From positions 96,598,001 to 96,662,000 of the forward strand of contig NC_087436.1 of assembly GCF_036321535.1 (NCBI RefSeq): DNA of 64,000 nt, given 5' to 3'. Under the pieces are notes generated by a model. It did not search any database, was not told the origin of the DNA, and worked only from the letters and a program-made list of their open reading frames with translations. Source of the stretch: Camelus dromedarius. Its lineage: Eukaryota. Shown here one piece after another: positions 11,726 to 24,750 of this stretch (positions are counted from its first letter, which is position 1; each line of letters begins with the position of its first letter). Position numbers and translations under genes: made by a program.

Positions 11726-11859
11726 CTTTTGTGCAAGTAGGCTTGGAGAATCTGCCTTTCAAATAAGCATAAGACCTTCCTAAGACCCAACAGGTCATTA
11801 TTTGAAATCTCTAGTGGAGTATGAAACAGTAGACCATTCTACAGCATGAGCCACTGATT

Positions 11860-12050
11860 CAGTGCTTTTCAAACTTTCATATGCATAAAATCCATCAGAG
11901 ATGATGAAAAACATGGGCAAATTCCTGGGCCATAATTCCAGAGATTTTCATGGAGTCACTCTGAAGAGGGAACCAGGAATCTGCATTTTAAATACTTAAT
12001 CTTTGTGATTCTGATGTCAATTGCATGTGAGCCACATTGTGTTCATATTT
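11860..12050. mobile_element. MER5A-like hAT-Charlie MITE
   Basis: 'cagtgcttttcaaactt...gcataaaatc...ccaggaatctgcattttaa...gtgattctgatg'. Confidence 0.75.
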
Positions 12051-13431
12051 GTGAGAAATTGTGCCCATAATTTCTAGCCTTCACTTGGAAGTCCTTCAAA
12101 CCACTGGCCATCAAGACAACCACCTCTCTGCATACACGCTTGGAGCTCGTGTGTGTCCCGCTTTCCACAAAGAACTGGCCCGGGCTCAGCATCATTTCCC
12201 CTTGTTCACTCCCCCACAGTGAATAAGACATGTCTCAGCAGAGTGTCTTTGAGTAGGTAACATCATTGGCTGACCTAATGTAGACTGCCATTGTCAATAA
12301 CTGCAGAAGAAATCATTCTTAATCATCTTGATCAGTTTATTTATTTATTTATATTTTTATTCTAATATTTTTTAACCTGATACGTTTCTTAATATAATAA
12401 CTATCAATCATTGTCTGAAAGTAATAGATAGCACTGATTAATGAGCAGTTTGACAAAACCTCTAGATGGTAATGGAAAGACAAACCTTGTCTTACTTTGC
12501 ATTACTCGTTTCTTCCTTCTGTACATGTTTCTTTGGGGTTAGAATTGAGAAAAGAAAAAAAAAATAGGTATTTAAACTTGGATCATGGTGAGAAAATGTC
12601 CATAGCTAAAATAATAGTTTCCATTTTATCTTCAAATACAAATTAGGATTTCTGTCTTCCAACAAAACTTTCTAATATTTAGATAGAAATTGGTATTATG
12701 TGTCCAAGACAGTGTGTATATGTCCTTAGGCCTATGTCTGAATAATAATATCATTAATATGTTCATGATTATTACATTATTAAAATGATAAGAATTTGAT
12801 AATATCAAATATAGTTTAATAGAAAATAATAATACAGCATTATATAGTGTTGCAGTATTAAATATTAACATAATTAAAATGTATTGATAACATTATAACA
12901 TATTAGTAATGATTAATATATTAACGTTCTTCCTACTTGTTTTGTTTATTATCTATAGTAGAAGCATCTCAGAATAAAAACTAAGCATATAAAGCAGATA
13001 CTTCATGAGTCTCTAGAGTGGAAGCCACAGGGTTCTCTTACTTAACATAGAGCTTCACAATTCTAGGTTCTTCCTAAGGAACTAACTCACCAAAGAATTT
13101 CCATCTAGTGAGTCCTCTACCAAACATCTAATGTTCCCTTTATTGTTTAAATGTGCAGGATGTCAGACTTAGCTTTGGACCAAGCAGAAATTTGGTTTAT
13201 ACATTTTATTATGTTTCATCTGTCCAAAATAATTAAACTTTAATAACCCTGGGAAAAAGAAAAAGTTTTGCCTTTTGAAAATAATAGTTTTTGCTATGCA
13301 TAAATGATGTAAAACCTCCAGAAGTTGAAAAGATCTTCAGCAGAACTATTCAAACCCGTTTAAGAGGCACAGTTTGGTAAATCAGATCTGGATAAAAGCT
13401 GGTCATTTAAGGAGCATACAATCTCAAAAGT

Positions 13432-13570
13432 GTATTGTCCATGGCTGTGTTCACATTCCAACAGCAGAGTAGAGTTGAGTAGTCCCAACAGGGGCTAAAG
13501 GAACCTCAAAGCCTAAAATAATTACTCTCTGGCCTTTTACAAAAAGTATTTGCTGACCTTTGTTCTAAAT
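13432..13570. mobile_element. MER58A-like hAT-Charlie MITE fragment
   Basis: 'gcagagtagagttgagtag...aaagcctaaaataattactctctggccttttacaaaaagtatttgctgacc'. Confidence 0.75.
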
Positions 13571-13986
13571 TTGAGTGGATTTTCAATTTTTGGAAATATT
13601 ATAAGTAAAATAAAAACTCAGAGTTAAGTTGCTTTAAGCCTATACTGTTTTAAAATTTAGCCTAGTTAATAACACATGTCTACTCATAATTTTATTCTTG
13701 AAAAATTTAAAGTAACATATCACTACCTACATTTTTTTCTAAGAATATACATAGGTTAATGCCTGCACTGATGTTTTGTTATAGTCTTAACTTCTTCCAG
13801 GGAGACTGAATTGGGCATTGCAACAGTCTTTAAATCTGTGTTTCATGCATGAGGAGTGAAGGCCTTGATCACTGGATACCTAAGAGCCTTATACCATCTC
13901 ATGGGCAGCAGCTATTTAAATTTGGTATGTCTTCCTTTGAAACAAATTTTATTTTTAGGTGTTTCAACATTCAATGACTCAAATAA

Positions 13987-14650
13987 TGTATTCCCTGTAA
14001 GTAAACAGAGCCACAGGGAGATTTCCTTTAGTGGAGAAGGGGGAAGGATTCTAATCAAGCAGTGGTATTTGCAAAAGATTAGAGGGAGAAATGAACAAAT
14101 CTCATGCAAGAGACAGCAAACAGCCTGCCTGGCAGAATCAACACCCTACTCATGGGCATCTTGTTAGGGGGAACACATTACTTTGTTCCTTCCATTTTGG
14201 GAGGAGTGTGGCTTCCACTTTCCACCCCAGCAGGGAACACATTGAGAGAACATTCCTGGCCCTCCTCTCCTTAGTGGTTCTCTCCATTGGAGGTGGAGTG
14301 ATTGATCTGATGACTGAGATTAGGGAAAGGGGTTCTGTCTAATTGAACTGCCCCTTTTTGCCTCTTATTGGTTGTTTCCAAGCCACTTGTCTATAGGCTG
14401 AATGTGTTCTTCTCTCTATTCCTGCCCACCATGTGTTACATAGGACAGCTTCCTGTGAGGGAGAAAGGAGAGAGGGGCATGGACATCAAAAGTCAATATT
14501 GGCCTCTGCTTTAAATTACAGTCCCTGATTAGTTTTGTGAGCAATAAAACTTGTATTTTCATGTTTATCGGACTCTGTTACCTATTGCTCAAATGATTTA
14601 GAATTCAGAAAGAAGGGTGAGAAACTGGCCTCTCAAAACCTAAACAGTTC
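13987..14650 (+). mobile_element. Probable old solo LTR, family not identified
   Basis: GC-elevated block starting TG, with ATTGG boxes and AATAAA at about 14543 followed by a U5-like tail. Confidence 0.4.
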
Positions 14651-14984
14651 TTAGTAGATAGTGGGGTGATGATGGCTGGTCTTATGCTGATCCATAGAGA
14701 TTTATTTGGGCCTGGACTGTTTGTGAGGCTGAAGAAAGGAAAAAAATTGGCTCTGGTTGTCTCAGAGTAGAAGAATCTTCCCCCATGGTCCAGCCTTCAT
14801 AGTAAAACAAAGTTTTCAAATGACCTTGAGTCTGGAATGATGCTCTATAACCAATGACACATTTCTGAATAAGGGTTATGCTCTGTATCAGATGCAAAAA
14901 TTAACCACCACCACCAAAAACAACAAAAAATACTAGTTCACAGATAGGATGGCGGCAATGTGACAAGAGAAAAGGTTATGTGAA

Positions 14985-16080
14985 AATGAAGATACAATCT
15001 CAGTATAAGACAAAAATATTATATGAATGTTACCAAGGCTGATTGAATCTTAGGCAGCCTTAATAATAGTAGTGAGGTGGGAAGCCCCATACAAACAGAC
15101 CAGCAGGACCCCCAGGCAGGGCCACTACTCTCCTGCCAGCACCATCCAGTTCCCTGGCCAAGAGACTCTATCTCACTTTTTGCCTCTGGAATGGCTTACT
15201 TCTAGGAAAGTGGAACTTACCCCTAAAATTCTATTGGTTCTCTGAGCTCATTCCTGTTTGGTTACTTCTCTCCCTCCTGATTGGTCCATTTCCCTCACTC
15301 CTGATTGGTTATTTCTCTCCCTCCTATTGGTCCATTTCTACAAAGCTTGTTCCTCATTAGTCAACTTTTGTTATACCTTACTTGCATACGATGTTGCAAA
15401 GTGTAAACTGGCAGCCTATAAAAGCCTGTGTAAACCTACAGATGGGGTACAGAGTTTGGAGTGTTAACTCCTTTGGGCCCCCGGGCATAATAAACCTGAG
15501 TTCTACAACTCTCCGAGTGCTACTCTCTCGCCCAGATCCAGGTTTCTGTCACAACTGAGCTGTAACACTGAGCTATAACACTGAGCTGTTAACACATTTT
15601 TTCTGCATCATTTCAATGTCTGGATTAATGGAAGTAATTATCCCAGTCTACTTTATGCTGGTCAGACTGTACTAGATTATTTGCAATTTTTTTTTTTAAA
15701 CAAGAACCCCACATACCTTGAGTGTTCTTAATAGGGATAACCAAGATGAGGAATTAGACAATATGTCACTGGAGAATGGTTGAAATAATTTGCCCTGGAT
15801 AAGAACAGACTTAAAGAAAGATTTCTTTTCTGGTATTTGAAGGGCTATTGTGGGAAAAGATTAAAACATTCTTTTTTTTTTCTAGACTCAAAGATGAGAA
15901 GCACATTTCAAATAAGAGAAATTTTATAAATGTTAAAATAGTCCACAAATGAACAGCTGATTTTTGAAGTATTAAGTCCATGACCCATTAGTGGGTACAA
16001 GCAGAGGCTGAACAAACTCTTTAAAGGAGACACTGTGGAAATGATTCCTTCTTAGAAGATTACTAAACAGGATAGTCACT
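14985..16080 (+). mobile_element. CR1/L3 LINE 3' remnant interrupted by an LTR
   Basis: 'aaggctgattgaatcttaggcagccttaataatag' left of the LTR; 'tactttatgctggtcagact' and 'gtatttgaagggctattgtg' right of it. Confidence 0.65.
15073..15596 (+). mobile_element. ERV solo LTR, well preserved
   Basis: TG...CA ends, tandem inverted CCAAT boxes, TATAAAA at about 15417, AATAAA at about 15489, three 13-bp actgagct(g/a)taac repeats in U5. No clear TSD. Confidence 0.8.
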
Positions 16081-16119
16081 CCAGAGGCAACACTGCTTCT
16101 TTAACTACAGACTCCTTTG

Positions 16120-16280
16120 CGCTAATCCTGACTGCACCACTCTACAGTGTGGCCTCACCAGTCAGCTTCTCCAGGCTTCAGTTCTTGACTTTTTAGAATG
16201 GGAAGCAGTATTACCTACCCATACCTCTCAGGATTATGATGAAAATGAAGAGAAAATTGATATTAAAGTGCTTTGAAAAG
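16120..16280 (+). mobile_element. MIR SINE
   Basis: Core 'cttcagttcttgactttttagaatgggaagcagtattacctaccc...caggattatgatgaaaatgaa'. Confidence 0.65.
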
Positions 16281-16371
16281 GACCTATATAGAGGCAATCT
16301 GCCAGTATAGTTAGAGTAGAGACTTAAAATAGTAAATTATAATGTGATATATGCAAAGTGGGATAGGATAG

Positions 16372-16530
16372 AATTTTTTAAACTTTAATGTGTAAACACC
16401 TATCTTGTGGAATGGTTTGAAATGCAGATTCTGTGTCAGCAGGTCAAGAGTAAGGCCTGAGGGTGTGCATTTCTAACAAATGCCAAGGTGATGATGATGC
16501 TGGTCTGTGGACCAGTCTTCACTTGGCAAA
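16372..16530. mobile_element. MER5A-like MITE
   Basis: 'aaatgcagattctg...gcaggtc...ggcctgag...tgcatttctaacaa...ggtgatgatgatgctggtctgtggacca'. Confidence 0.75.
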
Positions 16531-16544
16531 AAGATAGAAGACAA

Positions 16545-16638
16545 GAGTCATGTCCTTGCATGCTCATCTAAGTAACTCTCGGCCTGCTTGAGGGTCATGC
16601 CCTTGCATGCTCATCTAAGTAACGCTTGGCCTGCTTGA
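16545..16638. repeat. 47-bp direct tandem duplication
   Basis: 16545-16591 versus 16592-16638 differ at 4 positions. Confidence 0.9.
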
Positions 16639-19600
16639 TCTTTTAGCGATTCTATCCTAGTACAGTTCTCAATGAAGCAATAAACAAAATTTATGACTCT
16701 GGAACTGGCTGACAATGAGGAAGTTGCAAACATACTGACCAAATGTATTTATTCATTTTCAGAATTACTCTATTATGACTACAATATCTTAACCAGCTGT
16801 TTGCTATAATAACATATATGTGAAACAACAATTCATGACATTTAAGTGTCAAAGCTGTTTGAACAATGAGTCAGATGACTCAGAAGAAAAGTGAGTTTCA
16901 AAATGCAACTCAAACGTATAGGATTATTTGCATGCAGGCAGTAAAAATAGATTCTGGATACTTTAACTAAAAAGACAATTTGTTAAATATATATGGCGAC
17001 GGAGTTCTAAGCAAGGCTGAAGATAGACTGGCAGCTATCTTTAGAAGGTGTTAAAGCATGAAATACTCAGTAGTCATTGTTATAATGAATAAACTGCAGC
17101 CATTCTATGTCCTTCTATCATTACAGTCAAGAGTCGAATTCACAGGAATAAGCATTTGATTGACCCAGCTTGGGTCATGTGCTTACCTCCTGGCATATCA
17201 GAGTAGGGAGGGGAACATCTGGTGGAAGGAGCTTCCAGTATCCTGCTAAGAGGATAACACTGGATATGGGGCTCTAAGGAAAGGGACCATTGATGCTGAG
17301 AAGCCACACAACATGAATATGAGCACAACTCTTTAAACGTATACATATATTTAATGTATATATACAATGTATATCAATTAATTTTATTTCCTGTAAAGAA
17401 ACATTAAAAAAAATCAATACTAAAAATCATTTTTACATTTGCTTATGTTAGTTCCTCTTTTATGAAATGTTTGTGTTTTTTCTATTTACCTATTAAACCT
17501 TAGTAGTTTTCCTATCAATTCCCAGTAGCTCTTCATATAATAAATCATTAAAGCTTTGACTGTTAAAAAAAAGAAGTAATCATGTGTAAATTCTCTTTTT
17601 AAAGGTAGTGTTTGTTACCAATTGTTTTGTGCTTTTAAAGGGGAAGATGGAACTGGAGGGACTGTTGGAAACTATTATCTTAGAAGTTACCACTACAACC
17701 TAAATATAATGGGGAGTTTATATAACAGGATGTCTTATTCACAGAAACAGCAGTCTGACAGAAAAATATTATTAAAAGATATTTATATATCTAGTCAGTG
17801 TCTCAAGAAAACCAAAGTTGAGATGGAGTGGGGTTTGGGTAGTTATGATATACTCAGTGTTTAGCAAATGTCTTAAACGTTCTCTCCACACAACTGTTTC
17901 CAACCAAAAATTGTCTCCAAAGTATAGACACAGCTATCGTGTTTTTCTCTAAGCTTTCAGTGCGGGGTGGGGTGGGGGGGACAAAAACAAAAACAAAAAA
18001 CAAACAAAAAAACCAAACCAAAACAAAGCAAAAACAACTTTTCCTTTGACAAACCACACAGTCCCATTGTTGGCCTGCTGGTCCTGTCACCTCCAACCTA
18101 AGCATAGCACACTGTATATCAAAACAGAACCCATCTCATTGGACTTGACCCCATGCGTAGTACAGGCTTGTCTCCAGCTCTTACTTTCTCTCGGTCACTT
18201 TCTGCGTAACAAAGGCTAATCTAGAGCTGACTCACCAGGCCACAAAGCAGGAGCATGACAAGGGGAAGTTCTGTATATTCATCTTCATAACTATTGGCTG
18301 TTGTACTGCCAAGATTATATTGAAAGCTTAGAAAGTCAGCAGTATATCCTATTGGGCAAATGCTGGTTTAAATTAAACTTCTAATAGCTTTGAACATTTC
18401 TGATTCTCCAGAATTTGGGCATATCCACTATGGGCAGAAGAGTTTGCCTATTTTTAAAGGTGAATGTTGCTAAGAATGTGTCTCTTTATAGACTTTTTTC
18501 ATATTAGTGTTATTAGTGAAGATGTGTGTCTTCTTTACAGGCTGAATTAACCTCAATCTTTGGAAAAGTGGAAAAAGTTTTAATTTTGTGACTTTCAGAC
18601 AAAAAAACAAAACCCTGGGAGCCACGAACCTAAATCTCAGTGATATTTCTGTGTCCCTGGGGCACAGTGCCCACTACATCGTTCCTTTCAGAGATCCCTT
18701 TCTTTCTCATTAGCTGAGGAAGGAGAGTCATAGATATTCCCAACCAATCAATATCCTGTCAGCTTCAAACGTCACTGAATTGTTTAGAACAAAAGAAACA
18801 TGTGCCTCTACAGTCTCTCTAAGGAGGAAGGAACTTCTGAACATAGGCAAAATAAATTTTACTTAATATTGATATCCAGGTAACTATTATTTTCAGTTAA
18901 AAGAAAACATTTTTAAGATAAATGAAATAAAATCTATGTAGTTTACACATTGTGCTCTAGTTTCCTTCCAGCTGAGTGAAAGATAATTTGACTTAGAGTT
19001 GTCTAGAGTCACAGTTAATGTACTCTTTTCTTTGTTTTTCTCTTTCTCTCTTTTTTAAGCAGTACATTTCTGAGGCAGAAGGTGCTAAAGTTCAATTAGC
19101 TACTTACAATCTCTGTAGAGTTATTTTCAAATGAGTGACCTAGAAAGCTGTCTGAGTTGCAGAAAAGGAAAAAAAAAGACAGAAAGAAATAACAAAAAGG
19201 CTAATAAACACAGGGATTGCAACTTAATGAAAGTTTCTATTTAACTGAATTTTACTTCCTCTACTGAGGATAAATCTGGTTATCTGATGGGACTTTAAGC
19301 TTAACCCACACTATTTAGGATATGGGTTTCTCCAAAGCCATGGTCTGTGTACACGGAGTGGGCTCTGTGCAGTAGATCTCTGCTACAGATCTGCTTCCTC
19401 AGAATCTCTCTGCTGGCCACTCCACCCCCATTTGTAGCTGTGTACACCGCTGTGTAGCCCTAGGCTGCTGAATGCCCAAGGTGGGTCCAAATTGAAATTC
19501 CACCACCTATTTGCTGGGTGGCAACAGGGAAGCTATAATAAAATACTAATACTAGACAGGGTTTTATTGTGAGGACTAAGTCCTTGAAAAACATGTAATA

Positions 19601-20779
19601 TAGTTCTTGCATGAGTAAGCATGCAATAAATTATAGCCATCAATATTACTCCTGTATGTTATTATCAATGCCTTCTGCCTTTTTATTGCTCTTCTGCTGC
19701 TGAAATGTGGTATCACTTCTCATCCTTACATCTGCAAACAAAAATCATCTGACACAGTAGTGAACTATGTGCTGTCTGTTGTCTGTCTCAGAAACAATTC
19801 CACAGCTTTTTGACACATTTCCATCCTAAGGGATTTGGCTGAACTCTGCAAATTAAATTTCTCTTCTGTGGATATATTGTAGATGTCCTGAATTAGTGAT
19901 TCACCATGCCCATTTTATGAAAGAGAAATGAAGATAAAAGATATTTTTTTGAAAATGATAACTTTGGAGGGAGGAAGCAGGAATCAGAGACAGCAGGGAT
20001 GAAAGGACTCCTTCAAAATATATACAAAGTGATTTCAAACTTGCACAGATAAAGATTACAATAAAGGAACATAAGTGGTAAGGTTTGACCAAGTTTCTTT
20101 CTTCTGCTATGAAGAATATGGTTGTTCCTTCTATGGGCAGATGTCTGGTTGCAGAATCAAACATGGCTGCAAGCAGATCTGGTAACTGATTTAGGTATTG
20201 CTCTTACTATTTTTACTCACAAATCCATTGGGGGTAGTCTGGGTTAGTAATACGAGTAATTTATCAGACTGCAGAAGATATGTCGTACTTCATATTGAAA
20301 TTTTCCTCTATTGTTGTTTCTCTCACATAGCCCTGTTGCTGGTGTGCGTTTTGGAAAGTCATGTGGGAAATTTTATTTACAATTGTTCATATTTTTTATT
20401 ATATTATGGAACGTTGTATTTGCCTAAGTCCAAAAGAAATGGCACTGAGCTGGCTTTTAATAAAACCTCTACCTGATGTAGAAACTTGGGCACATACTCA
20501 ACCTCTTCTAACCCCTTAGAATCTTCATGCTTAGAGAAGGAATATTTGTATATAAATATGGTCACATATATCAATATGGCTACTGCTTTTGAAAGACAAG
20601 AGATACTGTTACGCTCTTTTGGTTTCTTTTCACTCCTAGCATAGTTCCTGGTATACATTAAAATATGACATATTTATTAGAATAGTAATAAAAGTAAATG
20701 CTATTTATCAAATGTTTATACAATGTCTTGGACATGGTAATATCAAATAAATAATTATTGAATGGTGGATTGAATGCAC

Positions 20780-20935
20780 TGTGAATAAGTCCTTTATTTG
20801 CATTCCATCAGTTAATCCTTATAAAAAATAAAGCAAAACAAAACTCTGCTAGGTAGGGAGTATCATGATGCCCATCTTACAGATGAGAGAATTGAGGCTG
20901 AGAGAGGTAAGGCCACTGGCCCAGGATAACCACCA
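20780..20935 (-). mobile_element. MIR SINE
   Basis: 'atgcccatcttacagatgagagaattgaggctgagagaggtaag...cccaggat'. Confidence 0.8.
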
Positions 20936-23324
20936 AAATAACCATTGGCATTAGGACACAGATTTGCCTAATTTAAATGAAAATAGGACCATGAGATGGA
21001 GATAAAGGATAAAAGAAAACAAATTTATAAAAGAACTGGAAACCAGCACTGATAAAAGTGTAGTGGGCAGAGAATACATATGGGATATGTTTTTCCCCAG
21101 ATTTTCCCTCTTAAAATTTCCCTTGACTGGCATTATAATGACTGACATATGAGTCTATGTAATGTCCATTTCACAGCCCAAATTAATGGTAGCTGCCAAA
21201 ATGATTTGTGGCAGAGCTTCACTTCTTCAAACAATTACTGCAAACCAGAGCAAGCAAACTGAATTACCTTCTAACCTGACACAACATCAGAAGTATTGCT
21301 GCTTTATCTTCCTGCTCTGAATGATAAGACTATCCATGATCTGCCAGGAGACACTTGGACATGACTCTACAAGTGGAATAAGAGAAATATAACTGAAAAT
21401 GGTAGATACAGCAGACCCACACAGAAATAATCCTGGCTAAGAAATAATTTTGTTAAGTGGATTGTTGTGTGTGTGTGTGTTTGTGCATGTGTGCACATGC
21501 ATGCATTTCACATGAGGCAATAAATCTTAAATCAATAGTCAAGGTATCCAGTCTAGGTAGGTCTAATGCTAGTGATGCATAGACACCTAGAGGAAGATTA
21601 ATCTCAGAACTCTGATGACAAAAGGATTTGAGGAGAATGACAGGACTTCCATCTGGAAACAATGAAAACATGATAGCTTTTGCCAAACTACAGTGGTTAT
21701 TAATAAAACATCTGTTAAGTATCAGTTCATGTATCCTACTTCAAAGGGCCGTGACGTGGATAAATATTTAAAAAATAATTAGACTCTTTAAAGATGAATT
21801 TAAATATTTCATTATGTTAGACTTGTGCTGTGTTTTAAAGCTGGTAAACTCACAAGATTTGAAGCACAGACCCTTCAGCCTTTGATGTTTTGGAAGTTTC
21901 CTAAAACCCCTTCTGCATGTGTAGACCTTATTCTTATCATGAATACAGATTTCAAGCCCTTTATCTTGGCTTCGGCCCTCTCTCCTCTTTGTTTGCCTCC
22001 CTAATCCGCCTACACAATGTAATCTACTTGACGGCAGAGTTCATTCATTGTCTTTTTACTTGTGGACGTGTCCCAAGTGCCTAAAATATGCCTAGAATAT
22101 GGTAAGCTCTTAATACTTGTATATTGCATCAAAAAATCTTGATTCTTAACTTTTATATTTCAAATGCTTGTGTTACATTACAAACTTCATTTTTCATCTC
22201 CTGTTCTCCCATTTCATTGTTTTATTCCCAGATTTTTTATTGTTCTTTCCCGAACATTTTCTCTTTTCTTGCACAGTATTGTGTTTCAGCTACCTTGGTT
22301 TCAGCTTGTGCTACTTTGTAGTTTTACGTTCTCAGCCTGCAAAGAGCGTTTAGGGCTCTGCCAACTGCCCAGTGATGGATGTTGCTACTTTTTATTAAGC
22401 TATGCCTTGGTTTTCTTAACGTACCATCTGAGTTATGTTGTTGTTGGCACCAGATCCTGGCTTCTCACTGTGTGATTCTGACGTTCTCTTTGTATCAGGG
22501 ATACCAGTTAAAGTAGTATTTCTGAATCTGGGAAATGCAATTTGAAAGCTGCTAGCAGTGTTCTGACGCTAGGCTTGAAGGCTTCCTTTAGAATGGGCAA
22601 TGTTTATGCTGAAAAAATTCATCAATAGTTCCCTTAAGAAAAAAAAAAAAAAAAGAAAGAAAGAAAGAAAAGGAAAAGAAAAAGAAACCCACCTATTGTT
22701 TTTGAAGAAACTATGATCAAAATGAATGACACTGCTTTATATACGAAGGCAGAACCATAAAACTCTAAAGTAGTGATACCAAATGCTTTCTCTCACACTT
22801 CAGATCAATTTCCATAGTAAAGTGAGAAAAAATAAGGAGAGTGGAAGGATAGAGAAGATTAAAGCAGAATAGTGGATCTTCAGTATTTGCCAACTTGTGC
22901 CTACTTGGATCTGACAACTGTGCCTACGTTCTTTCAGGGACTTACTTTGCTCGCAAAGGAGAGACCACCAAATCCCACTGAATTTATAGCATGTTATCTT
23001 TTAAAAAACAATACAGTCTGAAGATCAAAACTGACTTATTGAGAAGAACAGAAAAATTTGGTATCTAGTGTATATTTACATAATTAAGAGGCAGCTTTAA
23101 CTGCCATGGTTTCCAGCCTCATCCCTTTTTTGTAAATAAAAAAAACCTTCAGAACAACAGAACTTATTTCCAGAGTTGCAGAATAAAATCTATTTCCCTT
23201 ATTTTGATTCAACCACCGTACTTATTATGAGTGTATTCCGTGCAACTTTTCCTCAGATTGTTTTTAATTTTGTTTTTAAAATGATCTTCAAAATAAACTT
23301 TTAAAATGGAAATAAAAAAAAAAA

Positions 23325-24750
23325 GATTCAAGATGGCGACGTAGGAAGATCCCGAATGCACCTCCTCCCTCAGACACAAGAAATCAACAGCTATAAATGG
23401 AGAATTTCCTCCGAAAAAAACTTAAAACTTGGTAGAGTGACCCATTCATATCAGGCAAATGAAATGGAAACCGCACCGAAGTGGGTAGGAGAGGCTGAGG
23501 CACAATCTCTCCATAAACCCCACCCGGGGCTGAGACCCACAATCCAGAGGGAACTCAAAAGCCAGAGCTTCTCCCTGAGGAGCGAAGGATTCGTACCCCA
23601 CATCCGGCTCCTGAGAGACAAGCCCCCCAAACACCTGGCTTTAAAGAACAAAAGAGCTTGTGCCTGAGCCCTGCCCGGGGACTGTGGTGACCTGAGAAAC
23701 ACCTCTGAAAGGGCCCGCAGTGGACTCACCTGCTCAGGGCCCGGCACAGAAGCAGCTCCTCGAAAAGCACCCGAACTTTCTGTCCAAGTGGCTCCTTCGC
23801 TAATTGGGTCTGAAGGGGAGGGGCCTGTGGGAGCCCGTCTGGGTTCCAAGGCTGGTGGGTGCCACATTCGTGCTCTCCCTGGCCTTGCTTAAACTGGCAG
23901 GTGCCATCTTTTTCTTTTCCTTCCTCTTTTCCCACCATCTTTTCTTTTTCCTTTTTCGGCGGGCGCCGTGGTTGCCCCGCCTCAGCCTGGCTGCCGCCCG
24001 CGGGCGCCATCTTGGCGCTCCCCCTCTGCCCCCGGGAGCGCCGGCGGGAGACGCCGGGGAACTTCTACACACGCCTGTGTCCCGGTTTTCACTTGTGACC
24101 CAGTTTCTGCGGCTGCCACCGAGGGGACGCCCCTTGGTCTCCTAGCTTGAGTTCCTCGGTCCCACGGGCAGGTTATGACCCAAAGACGGTCGAGGCAAGC
24201 CACCACCCAGGGCACCAAACAGACAGCGACTCTGACACCGCCCACCTCCAGCCTGCCTGTGAGGGGGCCCGCTTGCTGAGCCGGGGTGGGGGTGGGGGGC
24301 GTAGCCTAACAGGCACACTTCCGGTTTGGCAGCGTCTAGAGGCTTATAACTTCGTCTCGGAGAAGGCGCTCGGGGACGCCCTCTTTGCCCTCTGCTTGGC
24401 TACAGCTCGGCAAGTATCTCCCAGCGAAGAGCCTATACGCTGTCTGGAGTCCTGATTTCTGGAACTGCCGCCCAGGGGACAGCGCGCTCTCCTCATCGCC
24501 TGACTTTGGTGGCCTGCAGGGCTTACACTTGCCTGCCCACAGAACTGTATATATTTGGGTTAACAGCTGCTGCCTTGAGGGTATGGCTTCCAAGCCACCT
24601 GCATCTAACTGCTGCCTGAGATCCTCTCCTGTGGGGACACTGATTGGTCTTGACACACCCTCCGCTACTGGGAACCATTAAAAATAAAATATACTTCTTG
24701 GATAATCACAAAGACTTGGGAGACAACCAAGAGCTGTGGTAAGATTGAAT
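23325..24750 (+). mobile_element. Isolated 5'UTR of an older laurasiatherian-type L1, with no ORF1/ORF2 following
   Basis: Starts gattCAAGATGGCGacgtaggaagatcc after an A-run. Internal repeats 'gccatctt...ccctctgcc' and 'ctgcc(g/a)cc..gggga' are typical of L1 5'UTRs. Similarity stops at about 24750. Confidence 0.8.
23955..24500. promoter_or_regulatory. CpG island and candidate promoter inside the L1 5'UTR
   Basis: Densest CpG block outside the young L1. YY1 CGCCATCTTG 24005-24014, ETS/GABPA ACTTCCGG 24317-24324, GC boxes, G-runs at 24283-24299. Confidence 0.6.

Noticed and set aside
15225..15596. CRISPR-like repeat-spacer array
   Set aside because: Eukaryotic DNA; the units are tandem LTR repeats with no unique spacers and no cas genes.
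23356..24681. Cluster of 60-138 aa ORFs suggesting a first coding exon
   Set aside because: The sequence is L1 5'UTR. The ORFs are GC-driven, overlap on both strands and have no recognisable domain.
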